The position numbers and the translations under genes were made by a program. The notes beneath the pieces are model-generated. The model saw only the letters and a list, made by a program, of their open reading frames with translations. It had not been told where the DNA came from and did no database searches. Shown piece by piece: positions 1 through 12,199 of a stretch of DNA of 64,000 nucleotides. Position 1 is the stretch's first letter; every line of letters starts with the position of its first letter. The stretch covers positions 84,196,001-84,260,000 of the forward strand of contig NC_042997.1 in NCBI RefSeq assembly GCF_006345805.1. The letters are read 5' to 3'. The stretch is from Octopus sinensis. Lineage: Eukaryota.

Positions 1-166
1 GGTGTGTTTACGTCCCCGTCACTTAGCGGTTCGGCAAAAGAGACCAATAGAATAAGTACTGGGCTTACAAAGAATGAGTCCCGGGGTCGAGTTGCTCGAC
101 TAAAGGCGGTGCTCCAGCATGGCTGCAGTCAAATGACTGATACAAGTAAAAGAGTAAAAGAGAATA
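1..166 (+). mobile_element. tRNA-derived SINE family B, 3' half
   Basis: Matches the reverse complement of the full copy at 61881-62280 (…GGCGGTGCTCCAGCATGGC…GACTGA…AAGTAAAAGAGTAAAAGAG tail). Confidence 0.8.
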
Positions 167-301
167 TCTACTGAAAGACGATCCCTGATAAGCTATTACA
201 CCTCAAAACGTTTGTTTCGTCGGGCCGATGGATCAGCCTCAAAGTCTTTTCAGCTTGTATCACCTGAGCCGGTCAATCGGCCCGGATGTCACTAGAGGAT
301 T

Positions 302-518
302 AAGGCGGCGAGCTGGAACAATTGTTTGCATGTCAGGCAAAATGCATAGCGCCATTTCTTCTGGATCTTTATGTTATGAGTTCAAATTCCGCCGAGGTCA
401 GCTTTACTTTTCATCCTTTCGGAGTCGATAAAATAAGTACTAGTTGAGCACTGGGGTCGATGTAATAGACTACCCTCGTCCTCTAAATTGCTGGTCTTTT
501 GCCAAAATTTGAAACCAT
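302..518 (+). mobile_element. tRNA-derived SINE family A
   Basis: AAGGCGGCGAGCTGG head, GAGTTCAAATTCC B-box-like motif, CCAAAATTTGAAACC tail; more than 15 copies in the window. Confidence 0.8.
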
Positions 519-624
519 AATTTGTTGCTGTAGTTCTAATTGCAACCATCCGGGCAACCTTTTAGATGTCGCTTATCTAAGAAGCGAGCTTCTCAAGACG
601 CAGCCACTCCTGCAATGGTATTTA

Positions 625-1845
625 TTAGGTTATCACACATGAAATGTCGTACGTCAAAGGTAACAATAGAATGTTTCAGAAGTGTTAGAGAACTGATTTA
701 TTTAATCAAAGTATGATCCATGTTCATTTATGACCTCTACCCAACGTTTCTCCAAGTCGTATATGCTACCTTATGAAAACAATTTTATCTTTGCTGTGAT
801 GAACTGTCCGAATGCTCCAATTACTTCTTCTCTATTTAAGAATGTTTTATTGCGTATGAGAAGCTCAAAATGCTTCAATAAGTGATAATCAGTTGGAGAG
901 ATAGCAGGGGAATTGGGACGATGTTGCAAAATCTCATAATTCGGGCTTTGCAACTTTTGGACCGTAGCTTGAGAAGTGTGAGGACGTGTATTATCATGGA
1001 GAAAAATTGGGCCATCTCTGTTCACTAGTCTAGGTTGCTTCTTTTTTTGATTTATCATGCATACAATCAATTTCTTGCAATACGATGTTGTTGTTACCGT
1101 TTTCCCTCATTGAAAAAAGGAATAATGAATAACCCCCTTCGCAGCTCACCATACAGTGACCACTAACATTTTAGGGTGCAATGGTAGTTTTGGGTAGTGT
1201 TTAGGTGATTCTCCTGCCTCTAATCACTGCTCTGTCCTCCTGCTGTTATCAACAAGTATCCATTTTTCATCACATGTAATTATTCAATGAAAAAATGGTT
1301 CTTTTTCCAGTCAAGAAAGCAATAAGGAGCACACTTCGAGGCGCCTGCTTTTTTGAATCTCGTTCAGTTGATGTGAAACAAACCTATCCATTTTCTTGAC
1401 TTCTCGAATTTTTTCAGGTGTCCAAAACCAGTTGTGCGAGATGTTTGGAGCTCTGATGAAAGTTTTCGGATAGTTGTTCAACCAAAGCATTTAATCTATC
1501 ATGCCGGTAACTGATTTTGGCATCCCCCTTGGTTAATTTTCAAGGCTATCATCTCCTTTAGAACCATCTCTGAACAGTTCTGATGTCAACAAAACCACTA
1601 CCAAAGGCCCGCTTGATATTCCGTAGAGCTCCTGCAGTATATTGACCCAGTTTGTACTCATACAAGAAAGTCATTCAACATTGGTTGTTATCCTTTTAAT
1701 AAGGTCTGTATGTACGAATTTTGTATACCAATATTGTTTGGAAAGAAAGAGTCAAGATTAAATGCAAGGGTATACATAATTGAGCTTTTAAATGACTGAA
1801 ATAACAAGTAATTAAAAATGCGACATTTCATGTGAAACGACCTAA
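625..1845 (-). mobile_element. Decayed mariner DNA transposon (~1.22 kb)
   Basis: Imperfect ~25-bp TIRs (TTAGGTTATCACACATGAAATGTCG / CGACATTTCATGTGAAACGACCTAA) with TA on both sides (623-624, 1846-1847); ORF 771..1070 has LHDNTRPH and HRPNSPAISPTDYHL, mariner D,D34D catalytic motifs. Confidence 0.9.
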
Positions 1846-2139
1846 TACTTTAGCGATAACTAATTGCCGAATTGCAAAACTATGCTTTTTGATGCAACAC
1901 TGATTTCGGTGTTATGTCAAATACATAAGCACAAACATACATACGCACAACGGACTTCTGCACGGGTTTCGTCAATCAAATTCCAATCACAATGTATTGG
2001 TTAGTTCTCTCCTCACTGAATAATTTAATTTGATTTGTTATAATTTTTCGTCGACTAAAATCACATGTATTCTCTCCTCTAACCTTTGCGACAATAATTT
2101 CCCTAATGCTACTGAATTTCCCTTTTACTGTAGCGTAGT

Positions 2140-2544
2140 TAGTGGGTGAGGACGAGGAAGTGACTCAGCCACAACGACGCTTTTATGAGGGGTAGCAATT
2201 CTGGATCTGCTGTATAATGTAGACTTGGGTGCCCATTAGGAGCGGCAGACTCAAGGGCTGCCATGAGCGGTACACACTTTAGCTACGATTGGAACTGAAA
2301 ATTCAGGACAGGCACGGGGCATGTGGTGTGGCACATCGCTGCGCCCACCATTTGTGTATAATTTCTTACTCTTGGCGGCTCAAACCTTTGCATCACTTTG
2401 CGACGACCCTCCAACCCATGGGACTGGTTGGGTAGTCGCTGCTGGTGAGGGTTTTACGAGTGTAAATCATACCTGGACCTCTTTTAGTGCCTTTTACAAC
2501 ACGCTGAGGAAATGGGTCTATTTTTTGGAATGTCGGTCTCACCG

Positions 2545-2547
<3 letters not shown>
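2140..2547 (-). mobile_element. Possible 5' UTR fragment of an RTE-like LINE
   Basis: GC-richer block; minus strand contains GCGTGTTGTAAAAGGCACTAAAAGAGG, resembling a motif I associate with RTE 5' regions; no coding support. Confidence 0.3.

Positions 2548-2614
<67 letters not shown>
2548..2614. repeat. (TAC)n microsatellite
   Basis: Direct reading. Confidence 0.95.
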
Positions 2615-2615
<1 letters not shown>

Positions 2616-2684
2616 GCCGGTATTAAGGAAGGATAGAAAAATATTAGATTTCTAAGCCCTAAAATTCACTCCATAATTGCCCAC

Positions 2685-2755
2685 GGGCATATGATGTAGT
2701 GGTTAAGAGCGCGGGCCACTAACCCCAAGATTCCGAGTTCGATTCCAGACAGCGA

Positions 2756-2793
<38 letters not shown>

Positions 2794-2922
2794 TTAAAAA
2801 ATACCTTAGGTTCGAAATTTCCCCAAGATACCTGATAAAGGCTGGAGGGTATATCAGCCGAAACGTTGTGTTAACAACAAACAAGATGAGGACAAATATC
2901 TGTCAAATGTAAATAATGTAAA
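2685..2922 (+). mobile_element. tRNA-headed SINE (family H) with hammerhead-like 3' module, copy 1
   Basis: A-box TGATGTAGTGG, B-box GTTCGATTCC, (AAT)n middle, CTGATAA-A-GGCTG-loop-CAGCC-GAAACGTT at 2832-2867; homologous to 20468-20744. Confidence 0.8.
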
Positions 2923-2924
2923 GA

Positions 2925-3124
2925 GTTCACTGAGCTGTAGAAATGAGTTGCAACGTCATTGGTGCCGAGCTGTATCGGCTTTTGCCGATGGTGTGGGGAG
3001 GGGAGGCTGGTGTGCATGGGTGACTGCTGGTCCTCTGTACACAACTTTTCCCGGGCTTGTACCTTGGAGGGTAAAATACTAGGTGCAAACCAATGGTTGT
3101 TCATGACCAAAGTGAGTCTTTTTA
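2925..3124 (+). mobile_element. SINE family C, 3' part, fused to the family H copy
   Basis: Matches the reverse complement of the full family C copy at 57818-58140. Confidence 0.75.
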
Positions 3125-3340
3125 CATAACTACGATCCGTCTGGGATCACATAAGTTCGCTTCTTAACCGCATAAGTATGGCTATGCAGTTGTGAAGCGA
3201 ATGTAACCGTTCTGTAACTGTTGTTGCGATTGCAGCGTGGAAGATCTCAGTTGGCTATTCAGAAACACGCAAAGACCGTTAACTTCATTTAAACACTTGT
3301 TTAAACATTCAATAGATCGTTCTCTTCCCTACATTTGTAA

Positions 3341-3865
3341 CTAGCTTGAAAGCCGCACTCCATGCCAACTTTTAAGCTGGTTCCTGCGGAGCGCTAATTG
3401 GACCTGCAATCCCAAACTAGAGGCAGTTAAATAGCATGACTATAATACATCTATTATGACTATATGCCCCGGTGGTGTTTGATCTGAGGTTAAGGACGAA
3501 TGAGAATTAATTCTGAAGTTCTATTCCCAAGAATTTCAGCTATTGGCCAGTTTGTTCCAAATTTCTTACCTCGACGTAAAATTAACGAAGCGAATGTTAT
3601 TTATCTCCCCCTTGATCTCTGACGTCATTTGACAAACGCCAACCAGGATGACGTGAATCAGCCAAGCTTTATCTGCAAGAAATAGCAACCCAAATGCTTT
3701 AAAACCAGATCCTAATGCTGGATGTCCAAGAACCAAATGAAGGGCAGATTTTCAATCCCAGGATCATTCTGATTCCAAAAGAGTATATCTCTGTATAGAG
3801 CAAATGTAGGTTTAGATACAGGGGCCCCAGACGGACAGACAGAATTTCGCTTTTATTATTATAGA
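3341..3865 (-). mobile_element. Non-autonomous Helitron
   Basis: Minus strand begins a|TCTATAATAATAAAAGCG…CTGTCTGTCCGTCTG, a typical Helitron 5' end; candidate 3' CTAG|t at 3341-3344 with degraded hairpin. Confidence 0.5.
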
Positions 3866-4088
3866 TATGGTGTGAGAATTTTTTTGTCAGTGACCAGGTT
3901 ACAGTTTCGAGCGATGAAAATTTTGACACTATATAACAAATAAATGCTTAAATGAAGTTAACGTTGCAATCGCTTTAGTTTCAGCACACGATCTCTAATC
4001 AACTAATCAAAATACTTGCTATACAATGTTCATCTTTGTAACTATTGTTTTTTTCGAACTAATGTCAATCTTTAATATCTACTACCTA

Positions 4089-4306
4089 AAGTCGGCGAGC
4101 TGGTAGAATCGTTACCGTGCCGGGCAAAATGCATAGCGGTGGCATTACGTTCTGAGTTTAAATTCTGCCAAGGTTGACTTTTGCCTTTCATCCTTTTGGG
4201 ATCGAAACCATGAGTATCAGTTGAGTATTGGGGTCGATGTAATCGACTTAAACCCAAACCCTCCCCACTAACTTGCTGGCCTTGTACCAAAAATTTAAAA
4301 TCAATA
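4089..4306 (+). mobile_element. SINE family A
   Basis: Homologous to 302-518. Confidence 0.8.
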
Positions 4307-4744
4307 TCTATCATCTGGGCCTAAATGGTTGGTGGGTGCCAGAAAAGGTAGAGAAGTATTTAGCAAACCTTATTTACGTTCTGAGCTCAAATACTGCCTG
4401 AAGTTAACTTAGTCTTTCATCCAAGGGGGCAGTGAGGTTCGATAAAACAAGTACTAGTCGAGTATTGAGTTCGATTTAATAGATCGTTCTCTTCCCTTAC
4501 ATTTATGGTCTGGTGCCAATGTGTTCGATATCAATATTTCACCGTTTTATATTTACCATGTACACGATGCAACTGAATGTCTCATAAACTCGTACAATTT
4601 AATATGATGTTTCATATCGTATGTTTACGTCAACGAAGCAGAATATGTGATAGGTCTATTTTATCGATCACATTTTATATTCCATAACAATAAACTATAT
4701 TGAATTGGGTTTTAGTTTCTAGCTAGAAGGTATGTAATTCTTGG

Positions 4745-4809
4745 TGCTGCTTCTGCTACTGGTGGTGGTGGTGGCGGCAGTACTGTTACTGTTGCTGCTG
4801 CTGCTGCTG

Positions 4810-4849
<40 letters not shown>

Positions 4850-4902
4850 AACTACTACTACTACTACTACTACTGCTACTACTACTGCTGCTGCTGCTGC
4901 TA

Positions 4903-4934
<32 letters not shown>

Positions 4935-4968
4935 ACTACTACTACTACTACTACTACTGCTGCTGCTG

Positions 4969-5001
<33 letters not shown>

Positions 5002-5098
5002 ACATCACCAGTACTACAACTATTACCACTAATACTATCAACAACAACAACAACACAACAACTACTACTACTACTACTACTACTACTAACACTACTAG
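4745..5098. repeat. Compound (CTA)/(CTG)/(CAA) trinucleotide repeat
   Basis: Direct reading; produces poly-Leu/Val pseudo-ORFs. Confidence 0.95.
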
Positions 5099-5299
5099 CT
5101 TGAGCGTCTTCGCAGATTAGGGGCTTTGTACAAAAGCGTGTTATGTAGTGAAAATAATATTCGATGCAAAAATTACTTGATATATATTTTTAAAATTTTA
5201 AGTGAGATAATATACTTTTTGCTTCTTCTCTAAAAGTAATTTTTATTAACCAGCTCTTTGCTTAAGAGTAAGAAAGTTATTATTTTATTATTTTGTTTG

Positions 5300-6150
5300 T
5301 AGTGTACGGAAATTGGAGTTCCATCCTATTGCTTCTCCAAACTTTCTCAAATTTTCTGACTTTTTTTGTTTTCTATAATTCCAGCAAAGTTCTTCAATTG
5401 TTAACGTCTAATTCTGTTGTTTATTTCCAATTTCGGAAGCTATTGTTTGTTTGGCATGAAATATATTTTGTTGCATCCCCCCCCCCTCTCTCTCTCTCTC
5501 TCAAACACACTCTACTTCTCTGTACGCACTCCATTTCTTTGAATTTTCTTTATTCATTATTTGAATTTTCTTTATTCATTATTTATATATTTTCTCTTTG
5601 CATTTCAACTTTTGCCTTGATAATTTTCTAAAATACTCTCTTTTCTCTTAGGTTATTTTTTAAAATTGGCTTTGGACTCTTTCCAATCTATTTTCTTTTC
5701 CGTGTTTTACTTTATTCAACCATTTATTTTAAATTCCGCCGTTTTATCATGGAGATATTTGATCTCGCGAATATGCTTTCTTTTTTTCTTCTTGCACGTT
5801 TTAAATATATCTTCATATATTTTTCTGAATCTACTTCTGATTGTTTTTGTTTGTTTCATCTCTTTTGCGTACATTTTACCCTTGTTTTTATTTTAAAATT
5901 TCCTCTATGTATTGTTAATATATCTGTTGTTTAAAACACAGTTCACAATTTGATAAATTCCGTTATATTCTCATCTAGCTTTTCTTTACACCCACTTTCT
6001 ACGATATTGTTCCAGTTTTGTTTTAGTTTTCACTTTAACATTGATTAGGTTCATCCATTGTTTTCTTCCTACATCTTTTTCTAGTTTCGTTCTGCATTGT
6101 TAATATTCTGTTGGTTTGATTGGTGTAGTGTTTGTTTATGTATGTTTGTA
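5300..6150 (-). mobile_element. Heavily decayed LINE ORF2 relic (EN-RT linker)
   Basis: Manual minus-strand translation gives fragments such as EEKKKAYSRDQIS…WLNKVK and WNNIVESGCKEKLDENITEFIKL, resembling LINE linker; many stops. Confidence 0.3.
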
Positions 6151-8075
6151 TTGAAAGGTTTCTATGACAACAACATGTCCTTTGCATATTAAGCTCATTG
6201 ATATACTACAGGGTCAAACCTCTAGTTGAGGTTTCTCTGTTTAATTTACATAATTATAAATCGAGCTTGATACAAACCACTTCGCTTTTCATTGTTTTAA
6301 CTTCTTTACGCTTGTCACTAGTTCGTTTATTCATCATTCATTTATTCATACATTCGCTCATTCGTTCATTCGTTAGTTCGTTCATTCAGTCATACATTTG
6401 TTTATTTGAGTGTTGCTTTTGTTATATTGATTCAACGATCGTTTTGTTTAGATAGATGTTGATTGGAAATTGATACCGAAGCTTGCTTTTAACGTTATTT
6501 TTATATTTTGTTCTGTTTTTGATTTGCTTTGATAAAATACTAGTAATATTAGACTGAATATATTAATGAAACAATTATTTCATTATATTCCATTGCTTCC
6601 ATCAACCTCTTTATGGATCTACATTATTTTCTATCAAAGTAAAAAGAAAAAAGATAAAACAACAGAAAAACAGGACCATTGTTAATAGAATCTCAAATTG
6701 TTCGATAAGTTGTTTGTATTTAGTTCTCTTTCAGTAAAAATTATAGGTGTTTTTGTTTTGTGTTGTTTGTGGGTTTGAGTAGTTAATAAATTGATATAAG
6801 CATTATTCAGATAATTATTTTCTCTTTTCGCCTTTTGCTTTTTACTACATTTCGATCGACAAATATATATAAATATACATGCAATAAAAACTTGCCTGCT
6901 TGTCAAATCGATTGAATACTGGATTGCCATTTGAACGATTAACAATTCATATATCATCATTATCATGGACGATATTACGTGTACATAAGCAAACATTTTA
7001 TGATATATCTTAACCACTTTTGGTTAACATCTTTTGGTTAACTTTATATTCAGGCGCAGACAGATGATGAAGGCTGTATCGTCCACGCCTTTCAGAAATA
7101 CATTACTGACATTATGAAATTGCTTGAACAATAATTAATGAACACACTTGAAACAGCTATAGAGAAACAAGTCGTCTTGAGAAGTTTCTCTGAGACATCA
7201 CGTTACAGCTCGTGCTGTTTCCTTTAGAACTACGTTAAGTGTATACGTGTTTGTGGAGTGCTCAGCCACTTGTACGTTAATTTCACGAGCAGACTAACAA
7301 TCTATATTACTAAAAATCTATATAACTGATCTAACCACCTAAAGCCTATCTTCTTATCTATCTACCTATTTACCTGCTTTACTGCCTACTTACGAATGTA
7401 CCCATGTATGTAGGCTGCGTGGGTGATACCTGTGGCATTGTGGTGTCTCTACCTTTGACGTGTATTTTCTATTTAGTATGGATAATGTTTCATTTATGAA
7501 GGCGAACTCTTGTATTTGTCTAGGTGATGGATCCTTTGGGTATTTGGACAAAATGTGAATGTCAATTCGGCCCAGTGTGCTACCATGTTGGTCTTTGGCA
7601 TGTCGCTAGAGTGTTTGTTTTCATTATAATCTATCCGGTGCATGTTTAGCCTCTTTGCTATACTCCTAGAGATTTCCTCAATGTATTCCGTGTTTCTGTC
7701 CTTACAAACTTCTTCCATGCCCCTTATACTATAGATTACGTTCCTAGTTTTACAGTTAATATTTGGGTTAAACTTACATACTATACGAACTCATATAAAT
7801 AATCTTGCAAACCGGATACAAAAACGAAGTAGAATAAGCTTTCAATGTTTTCTTTACTGATTCCTATATCAGAAATGTTTTCCGGCATAGCTCAGAATGT
7901 CCGCGGTTGACCAAATTTACCTGGGGCCGAAACATTGATGAAGACATTCTAAACAAACCACTGTGTTTTTTAACACGCAAATTTCTGTGGGAAGTTGTAT
8001 GACAAATATTACAGCTAGTGTCATTATATATCTGAATAGACATAATAAATGTCATTCACATTGTTATTTTATTGA

Positions 8076-8514
8076 TTAGATTACCCGTGACCCAAGTCAA
8101 CTCTTTGGAGGTAAGATACGTTGAATGCTCTTGAAAGAAACCTATGGAAAAAACTATTTCACACCGAGGTTACGAACGGGTCTTTTGCGAAATATTTACC
8201 GTATTTTTAAAGTTATTTTCACTTTAAAATATTTTGTCTATCATAATGTGTCTAATGGAAAGGTTAGGGTTTCTTCCTTTTCAGGGAGAAGTTATTTTCG
8301 GAGTATTTTCCCATTACGCACTGTTTTGGGTATTTATACCCCCAAACCCCGAATATCTCAATAACTACTGGCCCGATTTATGCAAAACTTGTTTTATTCC
8401 ATTCGTATTCACATTTCAGTGGAACTTTACTTTCAAAGTATTTTCCCATGATGTCCCAGTTTGGCTGTGTAGCATTGCAAGCAAGCAAGATTGAATTTCA
8501 CTTTTAATAGTATA
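8076..8514 (-). mobile_element. Non-autonomous Helitron, tandem copy 2
   Basis: Minus-strand 3' end GGGTCACGGGTAATCTAA|t; body homologous to 8515-9002. Confidence 0.7.
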
Positions 8515-9002
8515 TTAGACTACCCGTGATCCGCTGGATCACCGGGGAAGTCTGAGTTTCCTAGCAACGGAGTTTTTTGTTTCGTGGGTTTTTTCTTTTC
8601 CAGGTTATTTTGCATCCTTTCAAGAAATGTAACATCGAAATCACGTGTAAACGGCTCCTTCCCTCAGAAAAGGAAAGATTTAGCTACTATTTCTTGCTCG
8701 CCCTGCTACCACGTAACAGGTATTTCGGATCCTTTATCGCAAATAGTAGGGCGAGCTAGAAATAGCAGCCAAATCTTTGGAGGTGAGATACGTTGAATAG
8801 ACTCGAAAAAACCTATGGAAAAAATTATTTAACACCGAAGTTATGATGGGGTCTTTTACGAAATATTTACCGCATTTTTAAAGTCATCTTCACTTTAAAA
8901 TATTTTTTAAATATGCCAAAAAATATTTTCCCATTATGCGCCAGTTTGGCTGTGTAACATTGCAAGCAAGCAAGATGAACTTGACTTTTATTAGTATATA
9001 GA
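8515..9002 (-). mobile_element. Non-autonomous Helitron, tandem copy 1
   Basis: 5' a|TCTATATACTAATAAAAG at 9002; 3' hairpin GTGATCC-AGC-GGATCAC followed by GGGTAGTCTAA (CTRR). Confidence 0.8.
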
Positions 9003-9514
9003 TTTAACAAGAATCAAAACCATGCTGCGTATTTTATCTGCAGATATTACCTAAATGGGTACCATGACAATGAAGTATCCGAGAGCTGTAAACAAGGAGA
9101 CGTTATAGACAAACACGCTGAGCCATAATTCTTGCACTCGTTCCTTCTGTGATGTGGTTTTTCTCAGTGTTGTATCATAACGTCGCTTCTCTAAGTTTTC
9201 CGTTTTTGTTTATCGCTGCGACTGAAATTAAAGCTCAAATCTGAAGCTTCACATCATTTCAAGATTTTCTTTCAGTTGCCATTAGCCAATTCGTTCAAAA
9301 CTATTTATAGTATTTATTCCTATTGCTTATGTCGTAGCACATAGGGCCTTGCAGCAGAGGTACTTAAGAGAAGACAAATACTTGTGTCAAAGTGCAGCTA
9401 GTAAAAGAAATATCTTTTAAAGTACTTTCAGTTATAAACGGAATAATTACTTACAATGAGTGATTTATGTGTAGTTTTCGACTCTGAAGATGAAAATAAT
9501 AGTTCAAAATATTG

Positions 9515-9665
9515 GTTTAAAATTTTGCACAAGATCAGCAATTTCGAGGGAGAAGGTAAATCAATTACATTGACCCCAGTGCTCAAGTGCTACTTATTTT
9601 ATCGACCACCCTACCAAGGATGGAAGTCGTCCATGGCGGAATTTGAAGTCAGAACGTAAGTCGCC
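9515..9665 (-). mobile_element. SINE family A, degenerate
   Basis: Reverse-complement homology to family A. Confidence 0.6.
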
Positions 9666-10179
9666 TTATTAGTCCAAAATATTACTCTTACTGACTGCAA
9701 CCCATCTCAATCCTTTGGACATTTGATAATTCAAGGTGTAGACATCACGAAAGAAAATGATGAGATGCTGATTATTGAAAAATATTAACCTTCTTTGGTT
9801 GGCCAACAGTGGCATTTTATTCTAGTATAAACAAATTAAGAATGCTGTATCATTCAGACATAATTCCTGACAAAAGTAGAACAGAATTTATTTGAAAAAG
9901 AATTGAAACCAACTTATAGTTATTCTCTGAGATTACCTTTTTAGAGCAGGGCAAAGAAGGACTAAGAGCGGGATATTTATTTACTTTTTATTATTTTATT
10001 AATATTTTATTAATTTTTTTCTTTCATTCTTTCTTTATTCATTATCGAGTATTTTACAGTTGTTTCATTGCGATAACCGTAGAGCAATGTAGCTATGCGG
10101 TGCAATACTTATCAACTGACTACCTTTGAAAAGCGTTATGGAAGACATATTGGCTAATGTAGTCTCTGATATACATAAA

Positions 10180-10470
10180 AGCCGGGATAGTCACGACTGG
10201 AACTTCGACCACATGACAGTACTATCAAGTTTGATCTGGAGCTAAACAAGAACAAAATAATATGGTAGGAAATAGGCTAAGAAAGCCGCTACGTAGTCTC
10301 TCAAACCCGTAGAAAAACAGCCAAATCTTCCCCAAATCACATTATACAGGCTTAAAAAGAAATGGAGGTCACATTGGATAATATAGTCTTATCAGAAAGC
10401 GGGATTACCATGGCTGGACTGTCCTTCGCTTTAAGTTTGATCAATTTCGATTGATGTGAGGTTGAAGAAA
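10180..10470. repeat. Unclassified interspersed repeat (family D)
   Basis: AAA(T/C)AGCAGCCAAATCT…AAATCAC…CATTGGAT motif recurs at about 31190-31320, 35220-35480, 42430-42570, 58710-58940 and 63180-63250. Confidence 0.5.
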
Positions 10471-10776
10471 AATAGCAACTTCTATTAGGAGAACCAATAC
10501 TCTCAAAGTCTTCTCTTTATAATTTCCATGTATGTAAGGATGATATACAGACTGAGTTTCGTGATAATCAATATTTAAAAATCTTAATGATGATCGAGGA
10601 TTTATTAATCCTTTTATGTGTAAAGTAATATCTGTGATTATCTGAAAAAAAAATTAAAAAATTAAAATGTGAAGTGATAACAGAAAATAAAAAAAATGAT
10701 AACATTTACAAGGATTTCCACGATACACTGTTTTGTATATTCATTTCAATCTTGTTAATTTTCGGTCCATTGTAAA

Positions 10777-11400
<624 letters not shown>

Positions 11401-11587
11401 AAAATTAGAAGCAAGTGAGTTTGTACACATTCATTTTTAGCCACTATGTGAAAGTATTTCTCACAACCTTGCATTAAGTAATTAAATATGTCTTCAGAAG
11501 CATTCATTATTTTTAAAAGATTAAAAAAAAATAATGATCATAATCCATGAAGCTGTCGAGGTATAAATTAATTGTATTTCGTATGTA

Positions 11588-11740
11588 ATGAAGGATTCCA
11601 TATATAACATAACATCTTACAACTTTGAGGTTAATAAAATGAAGAACCAATCAAGTACTGAGGTTTCCATCTATGATGATGGTAGTCTCTTTAGTACGAA
11701 AAATACGGTTCTGCAATTTTTTGCTGAAGAACTTACACAG
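11588..11740 (+). CDS. Candidate first coding exon of an unidentified host gene
   Basis: ATG-initiated 51-codon open frame MKDSIYNITSYNFEVNKMKNQSSTEVSIYDDGSLFSTKNTVLQFFAEELTQ ending exactly at consensus donor CAG|GTGAGT; non-repetitive; two N-glycosylation sequons. Confidence 0.35.
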
Positions 11741-11859
11741 GTGAGTTGTTGATAGTAATCAAATGTTTGTGCTGTACATTAGCGCACTCCTTCCATCAAA
11801 TCGACGTTTCTCGAACAGGTGCACATTATACCACGCAGTAGGTATCGAAAGTGATCGTA

Positions 11860-11978
11860 GAGCTACGCGAGATGAAGTGTTTTGCTCAAGAACACAACGC
11901 ACCACCCGGTCAAAGAATTGAAACCATGAACTCGCGATTGTGAGTGCAACACCCTAACCACCAGGGTATGCGCCTTCA
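11860..11978 (-). mobile_element. SINE family C head
   Basis: Minus strand GGCGCATAC…TGGTTAGG…GGTTTCAATTC…GTGTTCTTGAGCAAAACACTT. Confidence 0.65.
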
Positions 11979-12199
11979 CTGAGGTTTCTATAATTTACTG
12001 CCGTTCTTCCTACATTTGTGATCTTGTGTGTATGTTGCAATACGTTTTTTTAATAATTTTTTTATTAGTGAGTGTTGATTGATAGAATCGACAGCACTAG
12101 AGGAAGTGCCTCCTGCGTTTTTGTGTTCAAAGCCATACCAAGGTTAACTTTCTCAGCCTACAGAGAAGTGGACCAATAGAATAAGCCACCAGCGAGATA

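Noticed and set aside
2685-2750. Possible genuine tRNA gene (also the heads of families A-C)
   Set aside because: A/B boxes are present, but there is no complete acceptor stem, copies diverge, and they continue into SINE bodies
4712-5103. 120-126 aa poly-Val/poly-Leu ORFs
   Set aside because: Translations of (CTA/CTG)n microsatellite
7096-7121. GATGATGAAGGC…GCCTTCAGAAA hammerhead-like
   Set aside because: Lacks CUGA; simple 7-bp hairpin
7494-7718. 74-aa non-repetitive ORF
   Set aside because: No recognisable motif or splice support
9044-9125. Acceptor TTTTATCTGCAG with short frame
   Set aside because: All frames stop and no donor was found
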